Positions 1 through 12,859 of a stretch of DNA of 64,000 nucleotides are shown here, in pieces. Each line of letters opens with the position of its first letter. Position 1 is the stretch's first letter. The DNA comes from the human T2T-CHM13v2.0 reference genome, Homo sapiens: the NCBI RefSeq assembly GCF_009914755.1, contig NC_060926.1. The stretch is one strand, 5' to 3'. Position numbers and translations under genes: made by a program. The notes under the pieces were generated by a model that searched no databases, was not told the origin of the DNA, and saw only the letters and a list, made by a program, of their open reading frames with translations.

Positions 1-121
1 CAGCTTCAGAAGGGATGCACATGGAACAGTAAGGTTGAAAGGGGCACCTGCTTAGCCAGACAGATCAGCCCAAACAACCCTGGTGATCAGTGGAGCGATG
101 TTGCAGCCAGATGACCTTCAC
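1..121 (-). pseudogene. RN7SK: 7SK snRNA retropseudogene (5' part; continues off the left edge)
   Basis: Reverse complement GTGAAGGTCATCTGGCTGCAACATC..CCACTGATCACCAGGGTTG..GGCTGATCTGTCTGGCTAAGCAGGTG..CCATGTGCATCCCTTCTGAAGCTG aligns colinearly to 7SK nt ~5-130 (GTGAGGGCGATCTGGCTGCGACATC...CCATGTGCGTCCCTCCCGAAGCTG), with CpG decay. Confidence 0.92.
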
Positions 122-3100
122 TAGTTTATTTTGAAATATTCATCTGCATCACTAGATTTTTTTCAAAGAAATTTAACTACATGTTAACATATACAATACA
201 ATTCGTGTACCAGTATGAAAATACATTATTGTAGTAAGTTCTACATTTTCATGAAGAAAAGAAAATTAAACATATCTTAATTGTACAAATAGTTTAAGCC
301 AATATTGACTTTAGAATACTAGAATTAGTCAAAATATAGGTCTTTTAAATTACTTCAGTACTAAGTTTCTTACTAGGCTTGAAAGACACCCTATTCTCAT
401 TAGTGATATATTTACTTACCAAATACTAGGGTGGATGCCTGCAGTATATCACTTATATATGCATTTTATGTTGTTTTTTATTTCAAGTTTAGAGTAAAAT
501 TTTTGACATCACATTCTGAGATTACATTTTCTCCTGAGCTAATAGCACCCTACATGTTGGATATAGATGAAATGTTAAAATCCAATTCTGATTCCCCTCA
601 TTAAGTGAATTAACAAGAGTTATATTATTGCTGTGTAACAGAACCAGAATTTACACGAAGGAATCCCCAATTTTCAGTTTAGGGTTATATTTCCCATAAC
701 TTATGATGTCTATATTTTAAGTAAACTTTTTTTCTAACAAAAAAGACTGATGTGACTCAGTTTATAGTGTGTATCCATTCTGTCACATGCAAATGATGTT
801 GAAATTCCTGGAAAACAAGAATGAAGTGATGGAAGATCATCACTTGATATTGCTTATCTCTTTAGTTCTGTCTTAAAATATCTTTTGAAACCAGTATTTT
901 TTTCTTCATTTCTTTCAATAGCCAACACAAACTTTGTTAAGAGAGATAAGAAAAAAGGAAAAATTAGAAAAAATATTATTCCAGGGTGTCTTAGGGCTGT
1001 TAAAAACTACTGAAAAGGATTTACATTTTCAAAGAATCAGGGATGTAGTCTCCTTCCTCATAATTATGCAGAAGAATACACAAACGGTAGTTAAAATGTT
1101 AAATGATCTAGGAATAATACAGCCAATGAGGTCTATGGTATAATATTGTTATCAAAAATATGGAAAATAGTATTTCTAAAGAAGAATATGGAATTCATTT
1201 TCTGGGAGTAGAAACTATGCATGACCTCAGTCTTCAAGAACTGTAAGTTTTGCAAAGTTTGTCAACTTCAGGATAAAATACAAATTCCTTAACTTAGTGA
1301 ACGAGATTTTGTGACTTGCCACTGCCCACATCTTCAGCTTTGTTTCTGCTATCTTCCCACATTTTCTGTGCACTTTTATCACTCCTGGGTATAGGTACTT
1401 TCCTAAACTTTCTTTTCTCTCTATTTTTGGCAAATGGTAGTATCTTAGTTTTCCCCCAGCTCAGTTTTCAAGACTCAGCTTAGGTGAAGTGTCACTGTGT
1501 AATTGTAAAATTCTCTGTAACCCACCATCCAATCGTTTTCAAAGGATTTTTTACCTGTGTTCAAAACTTAGTGAGCAAACACATTTTTAATACCTATCTC
1601 TTTATTATTAATGCATCTAGTGCATAATTTCTGGTCATAAAATATTTATTCAATAAATAAATGATGTTAGAGTTAAGAAATAGAAATGAATACAAACAAA
1701 GCATATTTGCCTCAGTTAGGGGTTATTTGCCTAATCCAGCAGATCAGATCTTGCCTCCCTTCTATGAGCATATCTTGTACTTTTTCTCTAAAAATTTCTG
1801 CAAGAAAAAACAGGACTGTGAAATGCTTTTTGCTTTCACACATTATTCATAAAAGAATGACATTTTAATTTTTACAAATTGAGATGTCTTTTGTCACACC
1901 CAGTGATATCAGCCAGGCTCACCTCTGATGTCAGTGAGTTTACTATAGTTCATTTCTACATGGACGGGTCAGCCTCTAGTGCAAAAGACTCGAGCAGGGC
2001 AGGCGTTTTGGCTACACAGAGATGTAACAGGATCACAGGGCTTCACATCAGTTAACATAATCTGTATTCCCAGTAGTGAATTCCAACTGGCCTCAGTAAA
2101 ATTGGAATTTGCTTATAATTAAACAAGGAAGGAGACTGAAAACCCAGACACAAGTTTACAATGGACTAACTCCCATTGTTAATTATCAGAGCTATCAGAC
2201 TTTCGAATTGTAGTTTTTATTAAAATGATGTCATGCAAACACACACACACGTACTATGCATATATCTATCACGGATTTTTTTCTTTCTAGTCAATCATTC
2301 TATTGATAAAGCCATTTTTTCATAGTTAACTTTAGCTAAAAAACACATGATCACAAAACAAAACATGGTCTCTATTTTTATTGGATACAGCGTCTTCATT
2401 TCCAGGGGTAAATTGCTTACATTTGTATTTTTAACACTCATACATCAGAAATGTTTAATTAAAATAACCCACAGGTGAGGAATTTTAGTCTGGTTTTATT
2501 TTTCTTCATACTATTGTCAATGCTCTCTTACCTGTGGATTTCACAGTTTGCCTTCCAGGAAGTCTTCAGGATTGTGTGATTAGAAGAGGGGAAGGGGAGA
2601 AAAGCTTGCAAGGCAACTTCAAGAGCTAGGAATCACTTCACAGAGATATAAAATAAAAGGGTGGTCATTTTTATCTTTTTCCATTTACCCTAGCTATGTT
2701 TTGTTTTTAACTGATGAGTTTTTTCCATTTAGAAAGAGACCTAATACTCAAGCTTGATTTTCATTTTTTGCCTTGGCCCAAAGAACCTGAAATAAGGCCC
2801 AGAATGACTTTGCTTACTTTAATGTTACCATTCTCATCTTAAAGATTTTTATTTAGAAGTGTCTAGGAACAGTTTAGTTACATTTCTCATGAAGTTAAAG
2901 GAAAACTTACTGCAAAGGCTCAACTATGAAGCAATTTATTACTTTTTAGTTCTGAGAAAAATCTTTTTTGTCCAAGGGTGAGATTAATTTAATTCTAAAT
3001 TTGAACATCAAATTCCATGGCTAAGGAAGTACATATAATGGGCACATTTTAGAAGAATCTTTATGTTAGATTCTAAATTCTAATTCTGTGATTCTGTCAA

Positions 3101-4319
3101 TTTCCACTTGCAATGTACCATCATGTCACATGAAGGAAGCCACTAAGGTCTAAATCTTAAGGCATAATTTTCAGAAAAGAGAGATTGTAATATAAATCTG
3201 AAGAAAGATGAATTTGAGTTGGGTTATTTGGTTTTTCTTTTTCCTTTTCACTTGAGTTATGCTTAAACAATAGCAAATAACATTTTTTCCTAATCTTTTT
3301 TTTTGTAGGGAGAATGTGTAGAAACAGTGATGGTCAAGACTAGAAAGAAGGAATTTGTAGAGGAAAAATAATATCAATGTTGTAACCTCATAGAAAGTAT
3401 CTCCTAATTTGTTGTTTTTCAGTTTCTTCCTCTTCATTCCAGTGTAGGTTACTCTAAGTAATCATTCTAGTTTCATTTGCTAGAATCATGATGGTGATAT
3501 GTGAGTTGCATTATATTTTACAGGAAATTGAATGTTCCACAGTATTTTATAAGGTATATGGATATTGATATGTATTTATATTTCAGTACAAATTAACTAC
3601 GAGTATACATAACCATGTGACTGCAGCTATATTTCCATAGGTTCAAACGATATTAAATGAAGGTGTATTATAGCAGAATTGTAACCCTTACGTCATCAGA
3701 AGCTGTGTTAGATCTAGAGACAAGCAACCCTGTCTGTTTCTGTCTCATGGGCATTAATAAATCTCCCTCCTTTTCTGTTTTTCTTGTGTTTCTACAGCAT
3801 TTTTTTCTGAATATCTGTTCTAATCTCCCATTACTGCTGACCAGTTGACTTCTGATTTTTTTCTTCCTAATCAGTTTAATTTTTTCCTGTCTTCACAGCT
3901 TCTGGCTATTCACAGTTTCTGCTATGAATTATGAGGTAATTCTACTCAATTTTTATGACCTTAACTCCAAGTTTTCTCCCAGCTTTTAGCTCCTGCTGCT
4001 AGCTGCCTTGCTCTCTTTAGGTTTCTCATTTCAAATTCCAAAAGGGATTTGATTGGCCCAACTCCACTTTTGGCATCAGACCATGCCATAAATCAATTCC
4101 AGTCTTTAAATTGGATGTTGTTAGGTCCAATCAATTGTAGTTGTTGGAGTCACATCATGAGATGCAATTAAATTTAGAAGAGACCACGAGTGTATTAAGA
4201 AAAATGTTAGAAACAAAGTAGTCAACTCTGAAGCTTCTGGAGCAAGAGCCGTATCTGTTTAACTTGTAAGATTTTTCAGCACAACAATACTAGGAAAAGG
4301 AAATTTATATTATAATTTT

Positions 4320-4650
4320 GATATTCATCTATTCAAGTAATATTATTTTTATATGTCATTGAATGACTACGTGCCAAGCAGTATTCTAGGCTGTAAGGTT
4401 ATATTGCTGATCAAAATAAAAGTAAACTGCCTGCTCTTATGGAGCTTGCATCTTCATGGAGAGAAACAACAATAAAAAATGAAAAATAAAGGTGGTAAGT
4501 GGTATAAGGGTGATATTAAATATTATGGAAAAGAATAAAGCAAGTTAAAAGGCCAGAGACCTAGGTATGTGTCTAGGGTGATGGAAGGAATTGTTATTTT
4601 ACATAACATTGTTAGGTTTGTTCTCTTTGAGAAGATTTGAATAGAGACAT
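4320..4650 (-). mobile_element. L2 LINE 3' fragment
   Basis: TATTCATCTATTCAAG..TTGAATGACTACGTGCCAAGCAGTATTCTAGG..CTCTTATGGAGCTTGCATC resembles the reverse complement of the L2 3' end. Confidence 0.6.
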
Positions 4651-5000
4651 GAATCAAACCCTTCCTTGGCTAATTACCTCCGTCTGTTCTCAAAGGAGTT
4701 TTCTCACACTGATATGTTTTAATATCCTTAAAACAAGAAGGGCTTCAGTGTTTTTTGTTTTTGTTCTTTGTTTGCTTTACACTGCTGAGAAAAAAGAATA
4801 TTGACAAGAATATGTTCTCCTTTTGCAGTCAGTATTGAATAAAGTATTGCAGTCAATATTTAATCCCATTCCCAAGGGATGGGAAAGCTGCTTATGGTCC
4901 TGTCCAGGAGAAAAATAAAAGAATCTGAGTCCTTAATGACTGCTGAAAAGAAAGCCGAGACTAAGACTGAATCTGAAATGAGGTCTCGGGTCTTGGGTAT

Positions 5001-5368
5001 TCTTAAGGTCGAATGTTTGTGTTCTTCCAAAATTCATATGTTGAAATACTAACCCCCAAAGTGATTGTATTAGGAGGTGAGACCTTTTGGAGGTAATTGC
5101 ATCATGAGGACAAAGCCTTTATGCATGGGATTAGTGCCCGGTAGAAGAGGCTCCAGAGAGACCCTTGCTCCATCCACCATGTAAGGACAGAGCAAGAAGG
5201 CCTTGTCTATGAACCAGGAAATGGGCCCTCATCAGACACTAAATCTGCTGGTTGCCTTGATCTTGGATTTCCCAGCCACCAAAACGATTGAGAAATACTT
5301 TTTTTGTTTGTTTGTAAGCTACCCGGTTTACAGTATTTTGTTTTTACCATCCGCAAAAGACTAAGACA
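5001..5368 (+). mobile_element. MaLR solo LTR (MLT1A/MLT1A0-like)
   Basis: GAATGTTTGTGTTCTTCCAAAATTCATATGTTGAAA..GGGATTAGTGCCC..CCTTGATCTTGGATTTCCCAGCC..CTAAGACA are typical MLT1A blocks. Confidence 0.85.
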
Positions 5369-5489
5369 TATGTTAGTTATGTAATGGCTTAATAATATCT
5401 AGAACATAACTCATTTTATATTCCCATGTCGACCTTATGTTTTGATGTCATGTTGCACTATATCAAATCTCTCAAAGTAGAATCCCATA

Positions 5490-6302
5490 TTCAACTCAAT
5501 CCTATTTTCTCTCGTGTTCCTTCCACATGCAGTTAGTCACCAGTTCACATTAAACATCTGCAAAACATGTTCTCTGCTTTGTTTCTTTTGCCATGGTCTT
5601 CATCCATGCCATTGTAATTTTTACCTTAAATTATTGAAACATCCTCCCAACTAGTCTCCTTGACACTGATTATTTTCTATCCAGAGTTGTCATCAAAAAT
5701 AGACAAAGGTGATCTTTCTATACATTGACTTAAAATTAGCTGAAAGCTCTTCATTGCTTTGTGTGGAGATTTCAAACACTAAGCTCTGGTATTGATCAGA
5801 CTTAGATTTGAATACATCTTTGTTTATCATTCCATGCCTTAATTTTCTCATCTCCCACCACAATCTCCCATGAATTGCAAAACTCTTACCCTTCTTCCAA
5901 GACCCATTTCAAGTGTCATCATTGAGGGGGAAGGGAAATACTTCCTACACATGCTGACTCTTTCCATGTGGAAGAATCTCTACAATAATCTCTACTTTTA
6001 TGTTCTCTACTTACATCCTCTCTTGTCCTTCTAAGGAGAGACAGAAAGACTTCTGATTGGTTAGTTTGAGAGGAAGAACTGGACATGTGTGCTTCTGCCC
6101 TTTCATCTCACGTTCTCTGTGAGCTGGCTGATAAAGAGGACATGTTTTTTTTCTCATCTTTCTGCCATGTGGTGAGAGTAACCTGCTCTCATCTTCCTAA
6201 TCTGAGGCTCAATATCACTAAGCCCATTTTTAGCACATATGTAAGGCACCTATAATAGATTAAGTACTCAATAAATTATTGTTAAACAGATATTGAATGA
6301 AT
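5490..6302 (+). mobile_element. Degraded L2 fragments (with possible MIR piece)
   Basis: CCTCCCAACTAGTCTCCT block, and L2 3' tail GTACTCAATAAATTATTGTT..TGAATGAAT at ~6265-6302. Confidence 0.45.
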
Positions 6303-6439
6303 ATGAAAAATTTGGTTTTTCATTTACCTGAAGAGGTCTGTCATGGAAATGTGATGATTTGGTGTACCTCTTTTGAGTCCCAATAATCGACTTCAAGAAA
6401 CTTTTCTCTAAAATCTTTGGTAAGTGTAAATACCTCTTC

Positions 6440-6612
6440 AGTGGATACTGAATTATCTGTGCAGTAGAATTACCATGGGGTGCTTATGAAATTTTCTACA
6501 AATTCCTGGGCATACCCCTAAGTTTGTGATGTGGTGTATTGGAGGTCTAGGTCAAGAGCTGATCATTTTAACAGGCACTGCAGATGATCCTTTACATAGA
6601 GTTTGACTACTG
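6440..6612. mobile_element. MER5-like hAT-Charlie DNA transposon remnant
   Basis: CAGTGG..AGAATTACCATGGGGTGCTT..ATTCCTGGGC..ATTTTAACAGGCACTGCAGATGAT..GTTTGACTACTG. Confidence 0.5.
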
Positions 6613-7839
6613 TCTTTAAGTTCTTAAAGAACTTTGTTTATATCTCATTACTATATTTTGTTTATTCACACTCCTGTTTTCCCTAGTAGGTTATGAACTT
6701 ATCAGGGATGTTTGGTCTTAGCATTTCAAAAACATAGTACAGAACCTGAAACCTGGTAACTAGTCAGTACATGTTTGTTAAATAAATGTTTGTTGATGAA
6801 GTCACACAGGAGCCTTGAATTTTCTATTTCATTTCTCAAGCAAGCATTTTGGGGTATTTAAAAAAGAATACAATGAAGACATCATTATTCCATTACATAA
6901 GCTTACATTCATTCATGAACAGTCCAACATTCATGTATTTTTCCAACTATGTAGCATTTGGCATGTTCAAAAAATATTAAACATCTTTTTTCATGCATGA
7001 TTCATAAATCTACACTAAACTGACATAAAGCCTTTTTACAAAATGCAGGGTAAAATAATAAGTAATTACAAGCCTATACTATGTATAATGTATTTTTTAA
7101 AAAAACGTTATCCTGAGTTCTGGACACATAAATACATCAAAATGTTTTAGGTTGCCTAGCTTTCACTTGCATGTATTTTTTTCATCTAGCCACAACTGCA
7201 TATTTGCTAGGCAACAGAAAGAAGAAAGTCTTTTTTAAAACATAAATCTGTGAATTCTCCTCAAGAGAGACATAGGCAATATTTGCTGCATCACTTAGGG
7301 AGTGAAAGGAAAGAGGGAAAAAATCAGATTAGCTTCTTTGCAGCTGTGTTTCGGTATTCAAGACCACACCTGGACAGGGTAAAGCTTCTCTGATTATAAA
7401 CCTTTGGCAAAAAGTAAAAGTTACTGCCTGAAAAAGCAGACTATTTCTTTGGGGATTCCTTTTGGCTATTTCAGTATTTAACAGATGTACTAGCTTAAGC
7501 TTTATACTTTGAAAATAGAATGGAGCATGGAGAAGCACTGCATCCTCCTATTGAAAAGTCTCACGGTAAATTGGGGTGTTTAAAATGTATTTAGAAATTG
7601 GCAATATATCACCCAGAAACATCTCCTTAAATCTCTTCATTTTATCCTGAAGTATAGTAATTTATCATGTATAGTTCTGATATGAGTATGGTATTTGTAT
7701 ACTATAATTACAAAACTCATAATTTTGTAAATGTTTACAACTGAGGTTGGGATCCACATATATTCCAAGTCTGAAGTACCAAATGACAAATATTATTGTG
7801 ATTATCTGTTTTATTTGTATATAAGGCATATCTTGAGAT

Positions 7840-7840
<1 letters not shown>

Positions 7841-7871
<31 letters not shown>
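7841..7871. repeat. (CA)15 microsatellite
   Basis: Pure CA run, read directly. Confidence 0.98.
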
Positions 7872-7874
<3 letters not shown>

Positions 7875-8356
7875 GCTTCCTTAATGTAATCAGTCCCCAT
7901 TATCAGTGGTAAAATAATCATATCTTTTTGTCATTTAAATACAACTGGTAAATATTTTTATTGCACAATATTCATAGTTGAATAACAATGATAAGACAAA
8001 CAGTAAATGAACTACTTGCCTTCCATAAACATTCATTGTCTTCACAGGAAGTTTAAATATAATTTACATGAAAATGTTCTAGTGATACAGGAGTAACAAA
8101 GCCTATCTAATGGTAAATGCTATTTTAATGGCTTAGAGTTAGTTCATGGGACCAGTTTTTATATCCAGTGTCAACACTAGGAACTTTCATTAAAACCACA
8201 GTAATTCCCATGAGAATTATTTTATATAGATAAGCATCACACTTTAAAAAGCCACCCAGGAAGAAGTGCCGAAGTGCTTGTACTTATATTGCTAGTAGTC
8301 AATTATATCTTCTATATCTATTTTGGGGGTCATAAGAAATATACGAAAATACCAGT

Positions 8357-8655
8357 AATATTCCATCATAAAAAGAGCAAAATCTTGCCATTTGTAACAA
8401 CATGGATAAATGTGGAAGTACATTTTGCTAAGTGAAATAAGCCAGGCATAGACAATTACTACATGACCTCACTTATTTGTAGAATCTAAAAAAGTTGAAC
8501 TCATAGAAGCAGAGAGTAGAAAGGTGGTTGCCAGGGGCTGGAGGTGGGGGAAGATGGGAGATGTTGGTCAAAGAGTACAAACTGCCAGCTATGAGATAAG
8601 TAAGTTCTGGGGATCTAATGTATAGTGTGGTGACTGTGCTTAATAGTACCGTATC
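8357..8655 (+). mobile_element. L1MA/L1MB 3' end fragment
   Basis: CTTGCCATTTGTAACAACATGGAT..GCTAAGTGAAATAAGCCAGGCA..AAAGTTGAACTCATAGAAGCAGAGAGTAGAAAGGTGGTTGCCAGGGG. Confidence 0.85.
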
Positions 8656-9446
8656 GCCCACTTTTTGATGGGGCTGTTTGTTTTCTTCTTGTAAGTTCTT
8701 TTTAAATTCTGGATATTAGCCCTTTGTCAGATGGATAGATTGTGAAAATTTTCCCCCATTCTGTAGGTTGCCTGTTCACTCTGATGATAGTTTCTTTTGC
8801 TGTGCAGAAGCTGTTTAGTTTAATTAGATCCCATATGTCTATTTTGGCTTCTGTTGCCATTGCTTTTGTTGTTTTAGTCATAAAGTCATGGCCCATGCCT
8901 GTGTTCTGAATGGCATTGCCTAGGTTTTCTTTTAGGGTTTTTATGGTTTTAGGTCTTATGTTTAAGTCATTAATCCATCTTGAGTTAATTTTTGTATAAG
9001 GTGTAAAGAAGGGATCTGCAAAGACTTGGAACCAACCCAAATGCCCATCAATGATAGACTGGATAAAGAAAATGTGGCACATATGCACCATGGAATACTA
9101 TGCAGCCGTAAAAATGGATGAGTTCATGTCCTTTGCAGGGACGTGGATGATGCTGGAAACCAGAAAACAATCTCAAGCAAACTATCACAAGAACAGAGAA
9201 CCAAACACCACATGTTCTCACTCATAAGTGGGAGTTGAACAATGAGAACACATGGACACAGGGAGGGGAACATCACACACTGGAGCCTGTCCAGGGGTGG
9301 GGGTCTAGGGGAGGGATAGCATTAGGAGAAATACCTAATGTAGATGATGGGTTGAAGGGTGCAGCAAACCACCTTGGCACATGTATACCTATGTAACAAA
9401 CCTGCACGTTCTGCACATGTACCCCAGAACTTAAAAAGTATAATAA
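8656..9446 (+). mobile_element. 5'-inverted (twin-primed) L1PA element
   Basis: 8656-9016 is antisense ORF2 ([36 protein letters not shown]). 9018-9446 is the sense ORF2 end plus 3'UTR (GCAAAGACTTGGAACCAACCCAAATG..GAACTTAAAAAGTATAATAA). Confidence 0.9.
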
Positions 9447-9749
9447 ACAACCACAATTTACTAAAGTTCTGTACTATTAAGTGCTGATTTTCACAGCTTA
9501 AAAAATCGTATTGACTCATTTATCATCTTATATTCCTTTAAGTTGAAAACATAAATTGTTGACAGTAAAAACAATTTTAACAAAAAGAGCACTTGGGCTT
9601 ACTGAATCTGAAAAATTGAATCTAAAAAATATAAAAAGTAATTGAATCTTTAAAAATAAAGTTCAATCTCTCTGTTTCAGTTTCAGCAACTGTAAAATAA
9701 AGGAGACAAACTACATAATGTATAAGGTTCATTTATTTTTTAAACATTT

Positions 9750-10660
<911 letters not shown>

Positions 10661-10869
10661 TATTATGGACCAGTTGCATGTGTATGTGTATGGATATGAA
10701 TTATGCATATACATAACTAAATATGATTTAAATCATATGGTCCTGTAAACATTTGTAATAATTGAAAATATGTCAATAAAAATACAGTTGAAAAACAACA
10801 TCCAGTGAAAAATCTTAATATGTAGAAAGACAGTGTGAAGTACTTATTGACACCTGGATGTTGGATGTC

Positions 10870-11215
10870 ACTGTACCAGGGAACCATGGACCTGCAGCAG
10901 TAGGAGGACATACTGCCTGCAGGTGTGAAGGTGCAAAAAGAGAGAGCAATGTTATTAGAGCTAGGTAAGAACTGGTGACCTGGAAGTCAGGAGACAAAGC
11001 TGTCGATATAGAGAAACATTTTCTGCCAGATCATAACACGAAATCACAGAGAAAGCAACGCAGGAGGCAATACCCTGATGTCTACTGCTGGTCTCTCTAA
11101 TTGACTGAAACCAATTCAATGTCTGAAGGCAAGGGAGGCTGGATGCTGCAGTTTAGAGGCCAGCCTCCCAGGGCACAGAGTGAGACAGACAAAAGTAGAG
11201 ATGGATTTTTGTGAA
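10870..11215. mobile_element. Old ERVL-type solo LTR remnant (LTR33/LTR16-like)
   Basis: GAAGGCAAGGGAGGCTGGATGCTGCAGTTTAGAGGCCAGCCTCCCAGGGCACAGAG resembles a recalled ERVL LTR block; family uncertain. Confidence 0.45.
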
Positions 11216-11369
11216 CAGAAGGAGGTAAATGAGGTGTGTTTGTTTACATAGTTAATTCTCACAACACTATATGGTAGGTACTTTTGTTATCCTTAATTCA
11301 CAAATGAGAAATATCCCTATGCCACAAACCACAGAGGTTAGCTACTTTATCTGTGTAAGTGCTCAAGCA

Positions 11370-11960
11370 AAGATTTAATCCCAGTCTCCAGGGAAACTAT
11401 TGAAAGCAATGTTTTCAGTTTCCCTGAAATTGAGTTTGAAGAAGGGCCACTTCCAGGCATGAGACTCATCATGCCTTTGGATGATACTACACTGCATTGG
11501 CAGCATTGATATCACAAATTTAAGGGAGATAAAGGCATCCTTTTGGAGGATATTCATGTTTGTGAATAGGAGGCATTCCTTAGCTCTCAACTGAAAAATC
11601 CCAAGAAAATAACTTCTAAACTGTGGAAGAAGAGAAGACTGACATCTCCTTTCCAGTTGAATGACTGCTTATCCACCAAGATTGTTGACCTGACTCATGA
11701 TATCAGATTAGGAGGAGAGACCTTTGAAGATATAACAGTGCATTTTGATAGAGTGAGTCAAGATCTGTCCCCTCCCTTAAATTCCTGGTTCCCTAGATAT
11801 ACAGAAGATAAATTATGCCTATTTACAGTACTACATATTGAACACCACAAAAGAAGTTTGGACATAAGAGGAATTTATATGGTGTTACAATCTGGGTATC
11901 AGTTGCAAGATGTGACCTCATCTTGTCAGGGACCACCAAAACTTAAGGAAGCCACTGGGA
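11370..11960 (+). mobile_element. Ancient CR1/L3-like LINE RT remnant
   Basis: CCAGGGAAACTATTG gives PGKLL (CR1 motif SVPGK(I/L)ME). ORF 11657-11965 STKIVDLTHDIRLGGETFEDITVHFDR resembles CR1 TLSKFADDTKLGG..TLEDR..DLDRL, in the expected order. Confidence 0.45.
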
Positions 11961-12411
11961 ATTGAGTTGTTCATTAATGATGCCTGTTGAGGTCAAACTG
12001 GTCACTCTTGCTCTGTAGGCAAGCAATAGGTTAGCAGTGATGACCAACAGAGCAGAGACTTCCACTTCACCAACAGCTAAAATGTGAGATGCCCTTTTCC
12101 TTTTGAATTGATCATGAAACTGAAGCTTTAAAATGAAGAGGACAAAGTCAAATTAATTGGCATAAGCCTTTTACAAAAGTTAGAAAATCAAACTGTCAAA
12201 TCTTTTTAGAAGTCTTCTGTTCACCAGAAAAGTGGTTTGACAGAGCATTGCTGGTAAACATTATTAGAAAATGAAGATAATTTCATGTTATAATTGAATG
12301 AGTTATACATGCTTTGATTTTAGATTATACTTTTGAATCACATCCTTTTGAGAACAAAGTGATGCATAAATAAGTAAATACATTCTAGTCCTCAGGTTTT
12401 GCTACTTATGT

Positions 12412-12859
12412 GTTTTATTTTTTTAAACTATAAGTTCTGGGATACCTGTTCAGAACATACAGTTTTGTTACATAGGTATACATGTGCCATGGTGGTTTGC
12501 TGCACCCATTAACCCGTCACCTATATTAGGTATTTCTCCTAATGCTATCCCTCCTCTAGCCCCCCACTGCTCGACAGGCCTGGTGTGTGATGTTCTCCTC
12601 CCTGTGTCCATGTGCTGTCATTGTTCAACTCCCACTTATGAGTGAGAACATGTGGTGTTTGGTTTTCTGTCCTTGTAGTAGTTTGCTTGAGATAGTTTCC
12701 TGGTTTCCAGCATCATCCATGTCCCTGCAAAGGACATGAACTCATCCATTTTTATGGCTGCATAGTATTCCATGGTGTATATGTGCCACATTTTCTTTAT
12801 CCAGTCTATCATTGATGGGCATTTGGGTTGGTTCCAATTCTTTGCTATTGTGAATAGTG
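12412..12859 (-). mobile_element. 5'-truncated L1PA (ORF2 C-terminus plus 3'UTR)
   Basis: T-rich tail at ~12412-12424; [39 protein letters not shown] is the L1 ORF2 C-terminus. Confidence 0.93.
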
